From Actinomycetota bacterium (GTDB lineage: Bacteria > Actinomycetota > Acidimicrobiia > Acidimicrobiales > JAMCPL01): a stretch of 32,155 nucleotides of DNA. The stretch covers positions 1 through 32,155 of the forward strand of contig JAMCPC010000121.1 of NCBI GenBank assembly GCA_023379725.1, in the 5' to 3' direction. The notes beneath the pieces were generated by a model. It saw only the letters and a program-made list of their open reading frames with translations. It made no database searches and was not told where the DNA came from. The position numbers and the translations under genes are program-made. Shown piece after piece: positions 1 to 9,562 of the stretch (position 1 is the first letter of the stretch; each line of letters opens with the position of its first letter).

Positions 1-497
1 CTTACCATACCATCTACACTTGAGATGGTCATGCCTGTCAACAACTCTGCCTCAGGGATGTTTGGCGTCAGGATATATGTATATGGCACCAGTAGCTCTC
101 GATACGCCTCTATACCTTCCTCGCTTACCAGCAGATTTCCCGACGATGCCGCAAGCACGGGATCAACTACTACATTTGGCAATTCTCCGGCTTTTATCCG
201 AGACGCAATAGTTGCAACGTTCTCTGCTGTGGCAAGCATACCCACCTTGGTGGCTCTAACCGGTGATCCTGCCACCGCAAGGTCTATCTGTAGACCTAGA
301 AGATCTTTCGGCACAGGCATTATTCCTGCTACTGTGGTAGAATCTTGTGCGGTTACTGCAGTGACTGCATATACACCGCGTACTCCAATTGATTCCAGGG
401 TGCGTATATCGGCCTGCATCCCTGCCCCTCCACTGGAATCTGATCCGGAGATTACAAGGACACCACCAGGGGCGTCATTCGACTGATGAGAACCCAT
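1..497 (-). CDS. thiD: hydroxymethylpyrimidine/phosphomethylpyrimidine kinase ThiD, N-terminal part; the gene runs off the window start
   Basis: Absent from the ORF track because it is open-ended. My minus-strand translation from the ATG (complement of 495-497) reads MGSHQSNDAPGGVLVISGSDSSGGAGMQADIRTLESIGVRGVYAVTAVTAQDS..., the ThiD N-terminal signature. It lies 28 nt downstream of the thiG stop on the same strand. Confidence 0.85.
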   Translation of the reverse strand, partial: MGSHQSNDAPGGVLVISGSDSSGGAGMQADIRTLESIGVRGVYAVTAVTAQDSTTVAGIMPVPKDLLGLQIDLAVAGSPVRATKVGMLATAENVATIASRIKAGELPNVVVDPVLAASSGNLLVSEEGIEAYRELLVPYTYILTPNIPEAELLTGMTISSVDGMV

Positions 498-522
498 GGC
501 TATTTACGGGACGAGCCACTAG
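466..522 (+). repeat. Partial copy E (right-hand ~57 nt) of the interspersed element, spanning the thiG stop / thiD start junction
   Basis: CCAGGGGCGTCATTCGACTGATGAGAACCCATGGCTATTTACGGGACGAGCCACTAG aligns without gaps to the right arm of copy C (reverse complement) at 44 of 57 positions, including the blocks CCAGGGGCGTCAT and AACCCATGG. Confidence 0.75.
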
Positions 523-525
523 GTG

Positions 526-1338
526 TCATTCGGCTGAGGAAAACCCACGGCCATTTGCAAGACCGTCCGTCAGGTCGGCCATACCTTCCATAGATGAGGA
601 TGCAAGTGCCCTGAATCGTCTTGGTATCCTTCCAGCCAGATACGCATCGTGTCCAGCTATAATAGCATTTTTCATTGCAGATGCCATCATTGGAGGGTTC
701 TGTGCCCTTGTAATTGCAGAGGCCACTAGCACTCCAGAGCAACCCAATTCCATTGCCTGTGCAGCCTCTGATGCAGTACCAATACCGGCATCAAGTATTA
801 CCGGCACATTCACGGTGTCGACTATCAAAGCAATATTGTGCGGATTGCGGATTCCAAGGCCACTGCCTATCGGAGCTCCCAGCGGCATAACGGCGACGCA
901 ACCTACCTGTTCAAGACGTTTGGCAACTATGGGGTCGTCGGTAGTATATGGAAACACCTTGAAACCCTTGTCGTATAGGATTTCTGCCGCTCTCAACAGT
1001 TCGTTTACATCCGGTAATAGGGTATCTTCATCTCCTATTACCTCCAACTTCACGTAATCTGTTTCGAGTGCATCCCTGGCCATTTCAGCTGTAAACACTG
1101 CTTCGTGAGCATTGTAGCAACCTGCAGTGTTTGGAAGGACAGTGACGTTATGCTCTTCGAGTACATCCAATATCGATCTTCCTGATGCAACCGATACACG
1201 TCGCATTGCAACTGTCGCCACTGAAGCCTCTGATGCCTGTATGACTCTTTCCAGCACTTCATGGCTCTGCACTCCGCCTGTGCCGAGCAGCAGTCGGTGA
1301 GTTATTTTCAGACCCGCAATATCGACATTCTCTTCCAT
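526..1338 (-). CDS. thiG: thiazole synthase ThiG
   Basis: 270-aa ORF with a typical ThiG sequence (LLLGTGG..., [14 protein letters not shown]). Its start overlaps the thiS stop (TAATG). Confidence 0.95.
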   Translation of the reverse strand: MEENVDIAGLKITHRLLLGTGGVQSHEVLERVIQASEASVATVAMRRVSVASGRSILDVLEEHNVTVLPNTAGCYNAHEAVFTAEMARDALETDYVKLEVIGDEDTLLPDVNELLRAAEILYDKGFKVFPYTTDDPIVAKRLEQVGCVAVMPLGAPIGSGLGIRNPHNIALIVDTVNVPVILDAGIGTASEAAQAMELGCSGVLVASAITRAQNPPMMASAMKNAIIAGHDAYLAGRIPRRFRALASSSMEGMADLTDGLANGRGFSSAE

Positions 1339-1559
1339 TATCCGCCTGCCACCGCCGTGATGATCTCGACTTGGTAACCTTCCCTGAGCACGGTATCAGT
1401 CCACATACTTTTGGGCACTATAGTACCGTCTATCGCTACAGCTATTCCCCGAGCCGTACGAGCGTATCGCTCGACCAGGCTGGCTATCGTAGTGCCGGTG
1501 TCTATACTGTAATGCTCGCCATTTACAGTGATATCCATCAAAAGACTTTCAGACTTCAT
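1338..1559 (-). CDS. thiS: sulfur-carrier protein ThiS
   Basis: Small ORF ending in the ThiS C-terminal GG (..ITAVAGG). The ATG at 1559 has GGAG 9 nt upstream. The ORF track extends to a TTG at 1568, and an internal ATG at 1538 would give a 66-aa product. Confidence 0.85.
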   Translation of the reverse strand: MKSESLLMDITVNGEHYSIDTGTTIASLVERYARTARGIAVAIDGTIVPKSMWTDTVLREGYQVEIITAVAGG

Positions 1560-1577
1560 GCAGAACAACTCCGAACT

Positions 1578-2852
1578 TCATGCGATTTTCTCAAGACGTG
1601 AGGGGCTAAACGGTACGATCTCTCGTGGCACTCCTTTTTCATCAGACTGTATAAGTGCGTTTACTGCCACTGCTGTAATTGGAGCAAGCAACACGCCATT
1701 TCGGTAGTGACCAGCAGCTACTACCAGTCCACCACTCTCATCTATACTGCCAACTATCGGACCATTATCCGGTGTGGTCGGTCTCAGTCCAGCAATGGTC
1801 TCTTGAAACGAAAGCTCTGCTGTAATAGGCAATAATGCTCTGGCATCACGCAACAAATCAAAGACAGCACCAGATCGAACTGCCGTATCAAAGCCTTTTT
1901 CCTCCATGGTTGCCCCGATGACCAGTGTTCCGTCAGCTCTGGGTACCATATATATGGAATGGCCATTCGTTATTCCTCTGATAGTATGTGCGGGCAGCAA
2001 CGAGGGGTCAAGCGTTGCCAGCCTGATTATCTCACCCTTGACCGGCCTCACAGCTGAAGATATGAATCGCGGTAAGCCATTTAATTGGGATGTCCACGGC
2101 CCGGTGCATACGATGATTTTATTGGCATGTAGATCGTTGCCAGACTCAAGTGTTATATGGAAACTATTTCCAGTACTGTCTCTGGAAGTATCTTTGGAGT
2201 CGGAGATGACGGATGTTGCCCTGGTGGGCAGGAATGAATAGCCTTTAGCGGTTACTATCTGTGTCAATGCCTTTACCACCAGCCGTGGATCCACCTGGTA
2301 GTCGTCTGCTGCAAGCATCGCTCCTCGTACAGATGGTGCAAGTTGTGGAACCAGCTCTCTTACCTCCGATGCACTCAGCCATTCGACATTCAACTTGAGG
2401 CTTGTCTGATAATCGTAGAGTTCTCTTATGTATGACCTATCGTCATTTCCACCCGCTACTACAAGAGTACCCACCTGCCTGTAACCTACATCGATACCAC
2501 TTTTCTCGCTTAGTGTCTCAGCAAAAGACCTCCATAGGTTTGCCGCTGCCATGTTTAAATGCAATTCCAGCTCTTCACCATAGTATGCTTCGGTTACCGC
2601 AGCCAACATTCCTGCAGCTACCCAGCTGGTGCCCTTACCTGGCGATGGATCAACTATTGCCACCCTCTCATAGACATCCGACATTAAGTAGGCAACACTA
2701 AGCCCTATTATCCCTCCTCCAATTATCACTATGTCGTAGTTGCTGTCGTATGCTGCTATAATAGTCTCTATTATAGTACTGTTTGAAGCGGTGCCAATTT
2801 TCCCTAACGGAATTGTGCCTTCGTATAAGCAGTGGTATTTTCTGTAGTGCAA
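1578..2852 (-). CDS. thiO: FAD-dependent glycine oxidase ThiO
   Basis: 424-aa ORF with the dinucleotide-binding motif DIVIIGGGIIGLS, located upstream of thiS-thiG. The TTG start at 2852 is uncertain. Confidence 0.85.
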   Translation of the reverse strand: MHYRKYHCLYEGTIPLGKIGTASNSTIIETIIAAYDSNYDIVIIGGGIIGLSVAYLMSDVYERVAIVDPSPGKGTSWVAAGMLAAVTEAYYGEELELHLNMAAANLWRSFAETLSEKSGIDVGYRQVGTLVVAGGNDDRSYIRELYDYQTSLKLNVEWLSASEVRELVPQLAPSVRGAMLAADDYQVDPRLVVKALTQIVTAKGYSFLPTRATSVISDSKDTSRDSTGNSFHITLESGNDLHANKIIVCTGPWTSQLNGLPRFISSAVRPVKGEIIRLATLDPSLLPAHTIRGITNGHSIYMVPRADGTLVIGATMEEKGFDTAVRSGAVFDLLRDARALLPITAELSFQETIAGLRPTTPDNGPIVGSIDESGGLVVAAGHYRNGVLLAPITAVAVNALIQSDEKGVPREIVPFSPSRLEKIA

Positions 2853-2945
2853 ATTGGTGCAATAGAATCGCTACTGATGGGCCAACGTCGTCCCTTACAT
2901 TGAACCTGTAAGAATAGCAAGATATGGTTAGTAAAGGAATAATTA

Positions 2946-5900
2946 TTGGATGACGATTGGAACGTTAAAATGAATCCTGCCTGTAAAAGCAGTAATCGCC
3001 GCGTACTCGCTGTGAGCACTGAACAAAACACTACCAGCCTTTATAACCCTGCCTTTGAGCATGATTCATGCGGGATAGCTCTTATAGCTGATATCCACGG
3101 CAACAAGAGCCATGGCATAGTGGAGGATGCGTTGATCGCCCTTCAAAATCTGGCACATCGTGGTGCGACTGGAGCTGAAGAGGAGACTGGCGATGGCGCT
3201 GGGATACTGCTTCAAATGCCTCACGATTTTCTAAAATCACAGACAGAGCTGGGTATAGAAGAAATAGGGGAGGGTAAATATGCCTGTGGTATCGTGTTTA
3301 TGCCCAGGGATGACGATTCGGTACAGAAGTCGATGAGGCGCATAGAAGAATTGGCTAGAGAAGAATCCCTGAAGGTACTTGGTTGGCGCCAAGTACCTGT
3401 GAATGATACATCCATTGGTACCACTGCTGCCGAGGCTATATGCTCATTTTGGCAGGTGGCGGTGGCTCCAACTGCGCCAGTCGACCATGGTGATTTGCAA
3501 GACGGGCCACCAGTGGCCCGTCTTGCAAATAGCGTGACGTTATCCGGCAAGTCAGGGGCATCATCTGGCAAGGCCGAAGACGAAGGCGTAGCCGGTAGCT
3601 ACGTTGAGGATGAGAACGCCGTCAGGGGTGCCATCTGGCCGGCGGGAACCCATGGTGATTTGCGAGACGGGCCACTAGCTATCGATAGAATGGCGTTTTG
3701 CTTAAGAAAACGGGTAGAGCATGAGTTGGATAGTGTCTACGTAGCTTCATTGTCAAGCAGGACAATAGTGTACAAGGGTATGCTGACCTCCCATCAGCTC
3801 TCGTCGTTCTATCCTGACCTATCGGAACCATCCCTTAAGTCAGCTATTGCGATGGTCCATTCCAGGTTCTCCACCAATACCTTTCCATCATGGCCACTTG
3901 CGCATCCCTACAGATATATTGCCCACAACGGCGAGATAAACACTCTGATCAGCAATCGTAATTGGATGCGTGCCAGAGAAGCACTACTCGACTCAGACAT
4001 AATCCAGGGAGATCTGTCCAGGCTCTTTCCTATATGTACCCCCGGTGCATCCGATTCAGCCTCTTTTGATGAGGTAATAGAGCTGCTGCACCTTGGCGGT
4101 AGGTCGTTGCCTCATGCAATACTTATGATGATCCCTGAGGCGTGGGAGAAAAACACAGATATGGATCCACGTATGAGGGATTTCTATATGTACCATGCAT
4201 CCATAATGGAACCATGGGACGGGCCAGCAGCCATGATCTTCACTGATGGCATCATTGCCGGAGGAGTACTGGACAGAAACGGTTTTAGACCATCGCGTTG
4301 GCTTCTCACGAAGGGCGGAAAACTGGTACTTGGCTCTGAGACTGGACTACTGGATATAAATCCAGTAGACATAGTCAGAAAGGGGCGGCTACAGCCGGGG
4401 AAGATGTTCCTTATAGATACATCACAGGGACGTATAATAGAGGATACAGAGATCAAGAGCGCACTAGCATCAGAGCATCCTTACGGTCAATGGTTACAGG
4501 AACAGCAGGTACATCTAAGCGATATGCCATACCGAAAGATGCTGACTCCTCAGCACTCTTCGGTGGTCACACATCAGCGCCTTTTCGGATATACCAATGA
4601 GGATCTAAAGGTAATTATCGGCCCTATGGCCATGGGAGGCCAAGAAGCAGTAGGATCCATGGGCAACGACGCGGCTATTGCAGTATTATCAACGCGCCCC
4701 AGGCTCCTGTATGACTACTTTACCCAGCTATTTGCTCAAGTCACCAACCCGCCACTCGACGCAATAAGGGAAGAACTTGTCACATCCACAAGGACTCAGA
4801 TAGGGTCCGAGGGAAATTTGCTCGATCCTCAACCAGTCTCATGTAAGCAGATTATTCTTGAATATCCAATCATAGACAACGAAGAGCTTGCCAAGTTAAT
4901 GTACGTAAACGAGCATGGAGAGACACCTGGATTCAAAGCATTTACCGTTGACGGGTTGTTCGATTCCTCGGGAGGTGCAAATGCCCTAAGAGATGCTATC
5001 GAATCAGTGCGTTCAAAGGTAAGTGATGCTATTGCGAATGGAGCCAACATAATCATACTCTCAGACCGCAACGCCAGCGCTGAACTAGCTCCTATCCCGA
5101 TGTTGTTGCTTGTCTCTGCCATCCATGAGCACCTGGTGAGAGAGCGCACCAGGACAAAGGTTGGGTTAATCGCTGAGAGTGGTGAGGCCAGAGAGGTTCA
5201 CCATATGGCTCTATTGGTGGCCTATGGAGCATCAGCTATCAACCCCTACCTTGCCTTTGAAACAGTAGATGATATGGTTGCCAGCGGTTTGTTGGAGGAC
5301 ATTTCTGCACTTGAGGCTCGTCGGCACTACATCAAAGCCTGCACAAAGGGGATAGTAAAGGTAATGTCTAAGATGGGTATATCCACAGTGGCATCCTATA
5401 TCGGTTCGCATGTATTTGAAGCCATCGGTCTGGACAGGGATTTCGTGGATGAATACTTTAGTGGTACTACTAGTAGGATAGGCGGCGTAGGGCTCAAAGT
5501 TGTCACAGAGGAGGTATTGAAGCGCCATCGCAGAGCATTCAGCCGGTTGCAGTCGGTACGGGCTCATCGCGAACTAGAGACCGGAGGAGAGTATCAGTGG
5601 CGTCGCGAAGGAGAGGCACACCTGCTGGCCCCAAAGGTAGTATTCAAGGTACAGCAGGCCGTAAGGAACCGCGATTATTCATTGTTCAAGGAATATACCG
5701 ATCTCGTCGATGAGCAATCTGAGCAACTTTGTACATTGAGGGGTATGATGCACTTCAAGAAAGGGGTGAATTCGCCCATTTCCCTGAGCGAGGTGGAATC
5801 GGTATCCAGCATTGTTAAGCGTTTTTCAACCGGTGCCATGTCGTATGGATCGATATCGAAAGAAGCCCATGAGACACTCGCCATTGCAATGAACAGGCTG

Positions 5901-8021
5901 GGTGGAAGGTCGAATACCGGTGAAGGAGGAGAGGACCCCGATAGATTTACAGTAGATCCGAATGGGGATTCTCGGCGTAGTGCCATTAAGCAGGTTGCCT
6001 CGGGACGTTTTGGTGTAACTATAGAATACCTGGTCAATTCAGACGACATACAGATCAAGATCTCCCAGGGAGCCAAACCAGGAGAGGGTGGTCAGTTGCC
6101 GCCGCATAAGGTGTACCCCTGGATAGCGCGTACCAGATATTCTACACCGGGAGTAGGACTTATCTCGCCCCCACCGCACCATGATATTTACTCAATAGAG
6201 GATATTGCTCAGCTCATACACGACCTAAAGTGCTCTAACCCCAATGCTCGCGTACATGTAAAGCTGGTTGCTGAGGTAGGTGTAGGTACTGTAGCGGCAG
6301 GGGTTGCCAAAGCGAAATCAGATGTAGTACTCATATCTGGACATGACGGTGGCACCGGTGCCGCGCCGCTTACCTCTATCAAGCATGCAGGCGTTCCCTG
6401 GGAGATGGGGTTGGCCGAGACAAACCAGGTACTGGTAGCAAACGGCCTACGTGATCGTATAGTCGTTCAGGTGGACGGCCAATTAAAGACCGGCCGTGAC
6501 GTGGTGATCGGAGCGTTACTTGGGGCTGAGGAGTTTGGTTTTGCCACTATGGCTCTGGTTGCACTCGGCTGCGTCATGATGAGAGTATGCCATCTTGACA
6601 CCTGTCCGGTAGGCATCGCCACCCAGAATCCCGTACTGCGTAATCGTTTTACAGGAAAGCCGGATTACGTAGAGGCATTCTTTGAGATGATCGCCGAAGA
6701 GGTACGAGAGTACCTCGCTGAGCTGGGATTGAGATCGTTGGAGGATGCTATAGGCCGGGTGGATCTGCTTGATGTGGAACCTGCCGTAGAGCACTGGAAG
6801 GCACGCGGCCTGGATCTTTCTCCCATACTTACCTTGCCTGCAAATAATTACGGGACTGAACGTTTTCAGTGCGCCGCTCAGAACCATGGAATCGACTCGC
6901 AGTTGGACTGGGAGTTTATTGATGAGTGCATAGCAGGGATTGAGCAGGGCCATCCGGTGGCAGTCGAACTTCCCATAAGAAACGTCCACAGAACTGTAGG
7001 GACACTGCTAAGTCATACCATCGTTTCACGCTTCGGTGCAGGAGGTTCCGGTGGTAGTGACGGTGGTGGTAGTGACAGTGATGGGGGTGCTGGTGGTATG
7101 GATGCTGCTGGTGGTGGTAGTGACGGCGGTAGCGGTAGTAGCAGTGGTGCAGGGGGTACGGGGAGTGCAGGTAATCTACCCAATGACTTTATTGCTATAA
7201 AATTAAACGGTTCCGCTGGACAGAGTTTTGGAGCATTCCTGACGAAGGGAGTGACCCTCCAGCTGGTCGGTGATGCCAATGATTACCTGGGCAAGGGGCT
7301 GTCAGGTGGCAGAATCATTGTAGTGCCTCCACCAGAATCACTGTTCGCTGCTGAGGAACAGATTATCGCGGGTAATGTAATACTCTATGGAGCCACCAGT
7401 GGCGAATTATTCCTGAGAGGGCAAGCCGGTGAAAGATTCTGCGTAAGGAATTCCGGTGCTATTGCGGTTGCGGAGGGAATAGGCGACCACGGATGTGAGT
7501 ACATGACTGGTGGTATAGCTGTTGTATTAGGACCAGTAGGTAGAAACTTTGCTGCCGGCATGTCTGGTGGAGTTGCCTATCTCTATATTGGAGATCTTGA
7601 AAAAACTCCTTGGGAAAATCCAGGTAGTACGGTAACTCAGAGTGATAAGAGTAATATAGCCAATACAGCCAATATGGTCCAGGAGGTTCATGGATCTGGT
7701 GGCGGAGAGGGTATTGTTGAGTACGATATAACTCAATATCAAGTCGCTCAACTATATATTGCCAAGCATATCAATACAGAGATGGTAGACGTGATTGCGC
7801 TTGATGAGGAGGACATCGAATTATTGAGAGACCTGTTGACCAGATATCGTAGTGAGACTGGATCGACAGTTGCCACAACCATATTACACGACTTCAATAG
7901 AGTCTCGAGTCTGTTCTTGAAGGTCATGCCACGAGATTATGCAAAAATTATACAGATTACGAAATTGGCTGAAGCTGAAGGGAGATCGGTAGACGATGCA
8001 GTTATGGAGGCTACGCGATGA
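2946..8021 (+). CDS. gltB: glutamate synthase large subunit GltB, carrying in-frame insertions
   Basis: 1691-aa ORF. It has the Ntn amidotransferase N-terminus ([20 protein letters not shown]), the FMN/Fe-S domain and the C-terminal GXGXG domain ([18 protein letters not shown]). Alternative ATG start at 2970. Confidence 0.97.
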   Translation: MDDDWNVKMNPACKSSNRRVLAVSTEQNTTSLYNPAFEHDSCGIALIADIHGNKSHGIVEDALIALQNLAHRGATGAEEETGDGAGILLQMPHDFLKSQTELGIEEIGEGKYACGIVFMPRDDDSVQKSMRRIEELAREESLKVLGWRQVPVNDTSIGTTAAEAICSFWQVAVAPTAPVDHGDLQDGPPVARLANSVTLSGKSGASSGKAEDEGVAGSYVEDENAVRGAIWPAGTHGDLRDGPLAIDRMAFCLRKRVEHELDSVYVASLSSRTIVYKGMLTSHQLSSFYPDLSEPSLKSAIAMVHSRFSTNTFPSWPLAHPYRYIAHNGEINTLISNRNWMRAREALLDSDIIQGDLSRLFPICTPGASDSASFDEVIELLHLGGRSLPHAILMMIPEAWEKNTDMDPRMRDFYMYHASIMEPWDGPAAMIFTDGIIAGGVLDRNGFRPSRWLLTKGGKLVLGSETGLLDINPVDIVRKGRLQPGKMFLIDTSQGRIIEDTEIKSALASEHPYGQWLQEQQVHLSDMPYRKMLTPQHSSVVTHQRLFGYTNEDLKVIIGPMAMGGQEAVGSMGNDAAIAVLSTRPRLLYDYFTQLFAQVTNPPLDAIREELVTSTRTQIGSEGNLLDPQPVSCKQIILEYPIIDNEELAKLMYVNEHGETPGFKAFTVDGLFDSSGGANALRDAIESVRSKVSDAIANGANIIILSDRNASAELAPIPMLLLVSAIHEHLVRERTRTKVGLIAESGEAREVHHMALLVAYGASAINPYLAFETVDDMVASGLLEDISALEARRHYIKACTKGIVKVMSKMGISTVASYIGSHVFEAIGLDRDFVDEYFSGTTSRIGGVGLKVVTEEVLKRHRRAFSRLQSVRAHRELETGGEYQWRREGEAHLLAPKVVFKVQQAVRNRDYSLFKEYTDLVDEQSEQLCTLRGMMHFKKGVNSPISLSEVESVSSIVKRFSTGAMSYGSISKEAHETLAIAMNRLGGRSNTGEGGEDPDRFTVDPNGDSRRSAIKQVASGRFGVTIEYLVNSDDIQIKISQGAKPGEGGQLPPHKVYPWIARTRYSTPGVGLISPPPHHDIYSIEDIAQLIHDLKCSNPNARVHVKLVAEVGVGTVAAGVAKAKSDVVLISGHDGGTGAAPLTSIKHAGVPWEMGLAETNQVLVANGLRDRIVVQVDGQLKTGRDVVIGALLGAEEFGFATMALVALGCVMMRVCHLDTCPVGIATQNPVLRNRFTGKPDYVEAFFEMIAEEVREYLAELGLRSLEDAIGRVDLLDVEPAVEHWKARGLDLSPILTLPANNYGTERFQCAAQNHGIDSQLDWEFIDECIAGIEQGHPVAVELPIRNVHRTVGTLLSHTIVSRFGAGGSGGSDGGGSDSDGGAGGMDAAGGGSDGGSGSSSGAGGTGSAGNLPNDFIAIKLNGSAGQSFGAFLTKGVTLQLVGDANDYLGKGLSGGRIIVVPPPESLFAAEEQIIAGNVILYGATSGELFLRGQAGERFCVRNSGAIAVAEGIGDHGCEYMTGGIAVVLGPVGRNFAAGMSGGVAYLYIGDLEKTPWENPGSTVTQSDKSNIANTANMVQEVHGSGGGEGIVEYDITQYQVAQLYIAKHINTEMVDVIALDEEDIELLRDLLTRYRSETGSTVATTILHDFNRVSSLFLKVMPRDYAKIIQITKLAEAEGRSVDDAVMEATR
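3485..3678 (+). mobile_element. Copy A of the ~169-bp TIR-flanked interspersed element (3511-3678), preceded by a 26-bp duplicate of its own right end (3485-3510). It lies entirely inside gltB and is in frame.
   Basis: Aligns end to end with copies B, C and D. CCATGGTGATTTGCRAGACGGGCCAC occurs at 3485-3510 and 3650-3675, exactly 165 bp (55 codons) apart. The gltB frame stays open. Confidence 0.9.
7035..7172 (+). repeat. Imperfect GGTGGTAGTGAC-type tandem repeats encoding a Gly/Ser/Asp-rich tract inside GltB
   Basis: Translation is [46 protein letters not shown]. The DNA shows repeated ggtggtagtgac units. Confidence 0.85.
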
Positions 8022-8041
8022 TGAAGGTTGTTAGGTAAACA

Positions 8042-9562
8042 ATGGGCAAGATAACAGGATTTCTCGAATATGCAAGGCAGTTGCCTGCCAGAAGGCCAGT
8101 CGAAAAGAGAACGCACGATTGGAATGAAGTATACGAGCCCTTTCCTGAGGATATGGCCAGGGCACAAGCGGCCAGATGCATGGACTGTGGTATTCCATTC
8201 TGCCACCTTGGATGTCCTTTGGGAAACCTGATTCCGGAATGGAATGACCTTGTCTACAGGGGACATTGGCGAGAAGCGTCGGAGCGCCTTCATGCTACAA
8301 ACAACTTTCCGGAATTCACCGGTAGGCTGTGTCCTGCGCCCTGTGAGGCAGCCTGTGTACTTGGTATAGCTGATGATCCAGTAACAATTGAACGCATGGA
8401 ATACGAGATAGTGGAGACCGCATGGTCAAATGGTTGGATAGTTCCCATACCGCCTGAAGTCGAATCGGGTAAATCTGTGGCTATCGTAGGATCCGGCCCA
8501 TCTGGGCTGGCATGCGCACAGCAACTGAGACGAGCAGGGCATAGAGTAACCGTATACGAGAGGGATGGCAGACCGGGGGGGCTATTGCGTTACGGTATAC
8601 CGGAATTCAAGATGGAAAAGCGCTTTTTGGACAGGCGTCTGGAACAGCTTCGAGCGGAAGGCATCGAGTTTGTATGCGACACCTATGTAGGAGTGGATGC
8701 AGATACACCCGATAAGACTTACTATGGTTGGGATGCTACAAGGAAGAATCGTGTCTCAGCAAAAGAGTTGCTCGATAGTCATAATGCCCTTGTGTTGGCG
8801 ATAGGAACCGGCCTCTCCAGAAATCTTGATATTCCAGGGCGCGGTCTTGATGGTATTCACTATGCACTCGAGTATCTGAGGCCATCAAACTTGCTGCGTG
8901 AAGGCGTGCAATGTGAAACATTCATATCAGCGGAAGACCGAGATGTCGTGATACTCGGTGGAGGTGATACAGGTGCCGATTGCCTGGGCACAGTCCACCG
9001 TCAGGGTGCCAAGTCGGTTCTTCAGCTGGAAATTCTGCCAAAGCCACCGTTGTCCAGACCAATGGATCAACCGTGGCCTACCTATCCGATGATCTTTCGT
9101 ACTACGTCGGCCCACGAAGAGGGAGGGGAGCGTTATTATTCCTTGAATACTAAAGAGTTCATAGGTGACGAAAATGGTCATTTGAATGGGATGATCGTGG
9201 AGGAAGTGTCAATGGAATACCAAGATGGACGTCCAGTATTTAATAGTATTGATGAGACTGGGCAAACCCTCAAGTGCAACCTGGCGTTATTGGCGCTCGG
9301 GTTTGTTGGCCCCGAGCAATCTGGTGTAGCCGCTGAATTGAAAGTAGAGTTTAATGCCAGAGGCAACATTATTGTAGACAGCAATTGGATGACTACCACT
9401 GAAGGGGTGTTTTCATGTGGAGATGCAGCCAGGGGTCAGTCGCTGATTGTGTGGGCAATAGCAGAGGGCAGGTCGGCAGCTGAATCTGTCGATGCTTTTT
9501 TGGTTGGCAGACAGAGCTTCTTGCCTGCTCCAGTAAAGCCTGGTGAAGTGAGTATAAGGTAG
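8042..9562 (+). CDS. gltD: glutamate synthase small subunit GltD (NAD(P)H-dependent)
   Basis: 506-aa ORF with Cys clusters (CMDCGIPFC; CPAPCEAAC) and the dinucleotide fold VAIVGSGPSGLACA, directly downstream of gltB. Confidence 0.97.
   Translation: MGKITGFLEYARQLPARRPVEKRTHDWNEVYEPFPEDMARAQAARCMDCGIPFCHLGCPLGNLIPEWNDLVYRGHWREASERLHATNNFPEFTGRLCPAPCEAACVLGIADDPVTIERMEYEIVETAWSNGWIVPIPPEVESGKSVAIVGSGPSGLACAQQLRRAGHRVTVYERDGRPGGLLRYGIPEFKMEKRFLDRRLEQLRAEGIEFVCDTYVGVDADTPDKTYYGWDATRKNRVSAKELLDSHNALVLAIGTGLSRNLDIPGRGLDGIHYALEYLRPSNLLREGVQCETFISAEDRDVVILGGGDTGADCLGTVHRQGAKSVLQLEILPKPPLSRPMDQPWPTYPMIFRTTSAHEEGGERYYSLNTKEFIGDENGHLNGMIVEEVSMEYQDGRPVFNSIDETGQTLKCNLALLALGFVGPEQSGVAAELKVEFNARGNIIVDSNWMTTTEGVFSCGDAARGQSLIVWAIAEGRSAAESVDAFLVGRQSFLPAPVKPGEVSIR

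Noticed and set aside
25-1057. Plus-strand ORFs 25..486 and 389..1057 from the ORF track
   Set aside because: They are antisense to clear thiD and thiG coding sequence and have low-complexity, non-family-like translations. They are shadow ORFs.
2853-2945. Possible TPP riboswitch upstream of thiO (fragments such as GGTGC and CCCTTACATTGAACCTG)
   Set aside because: The partial matches are on the plus strand, which is the wrong strand for the minus-strand thi operon. The CUGAGA core and pyrimidine-sensor helix are not recognisable on either strand. An Infernal scan would be needed before making any claim.
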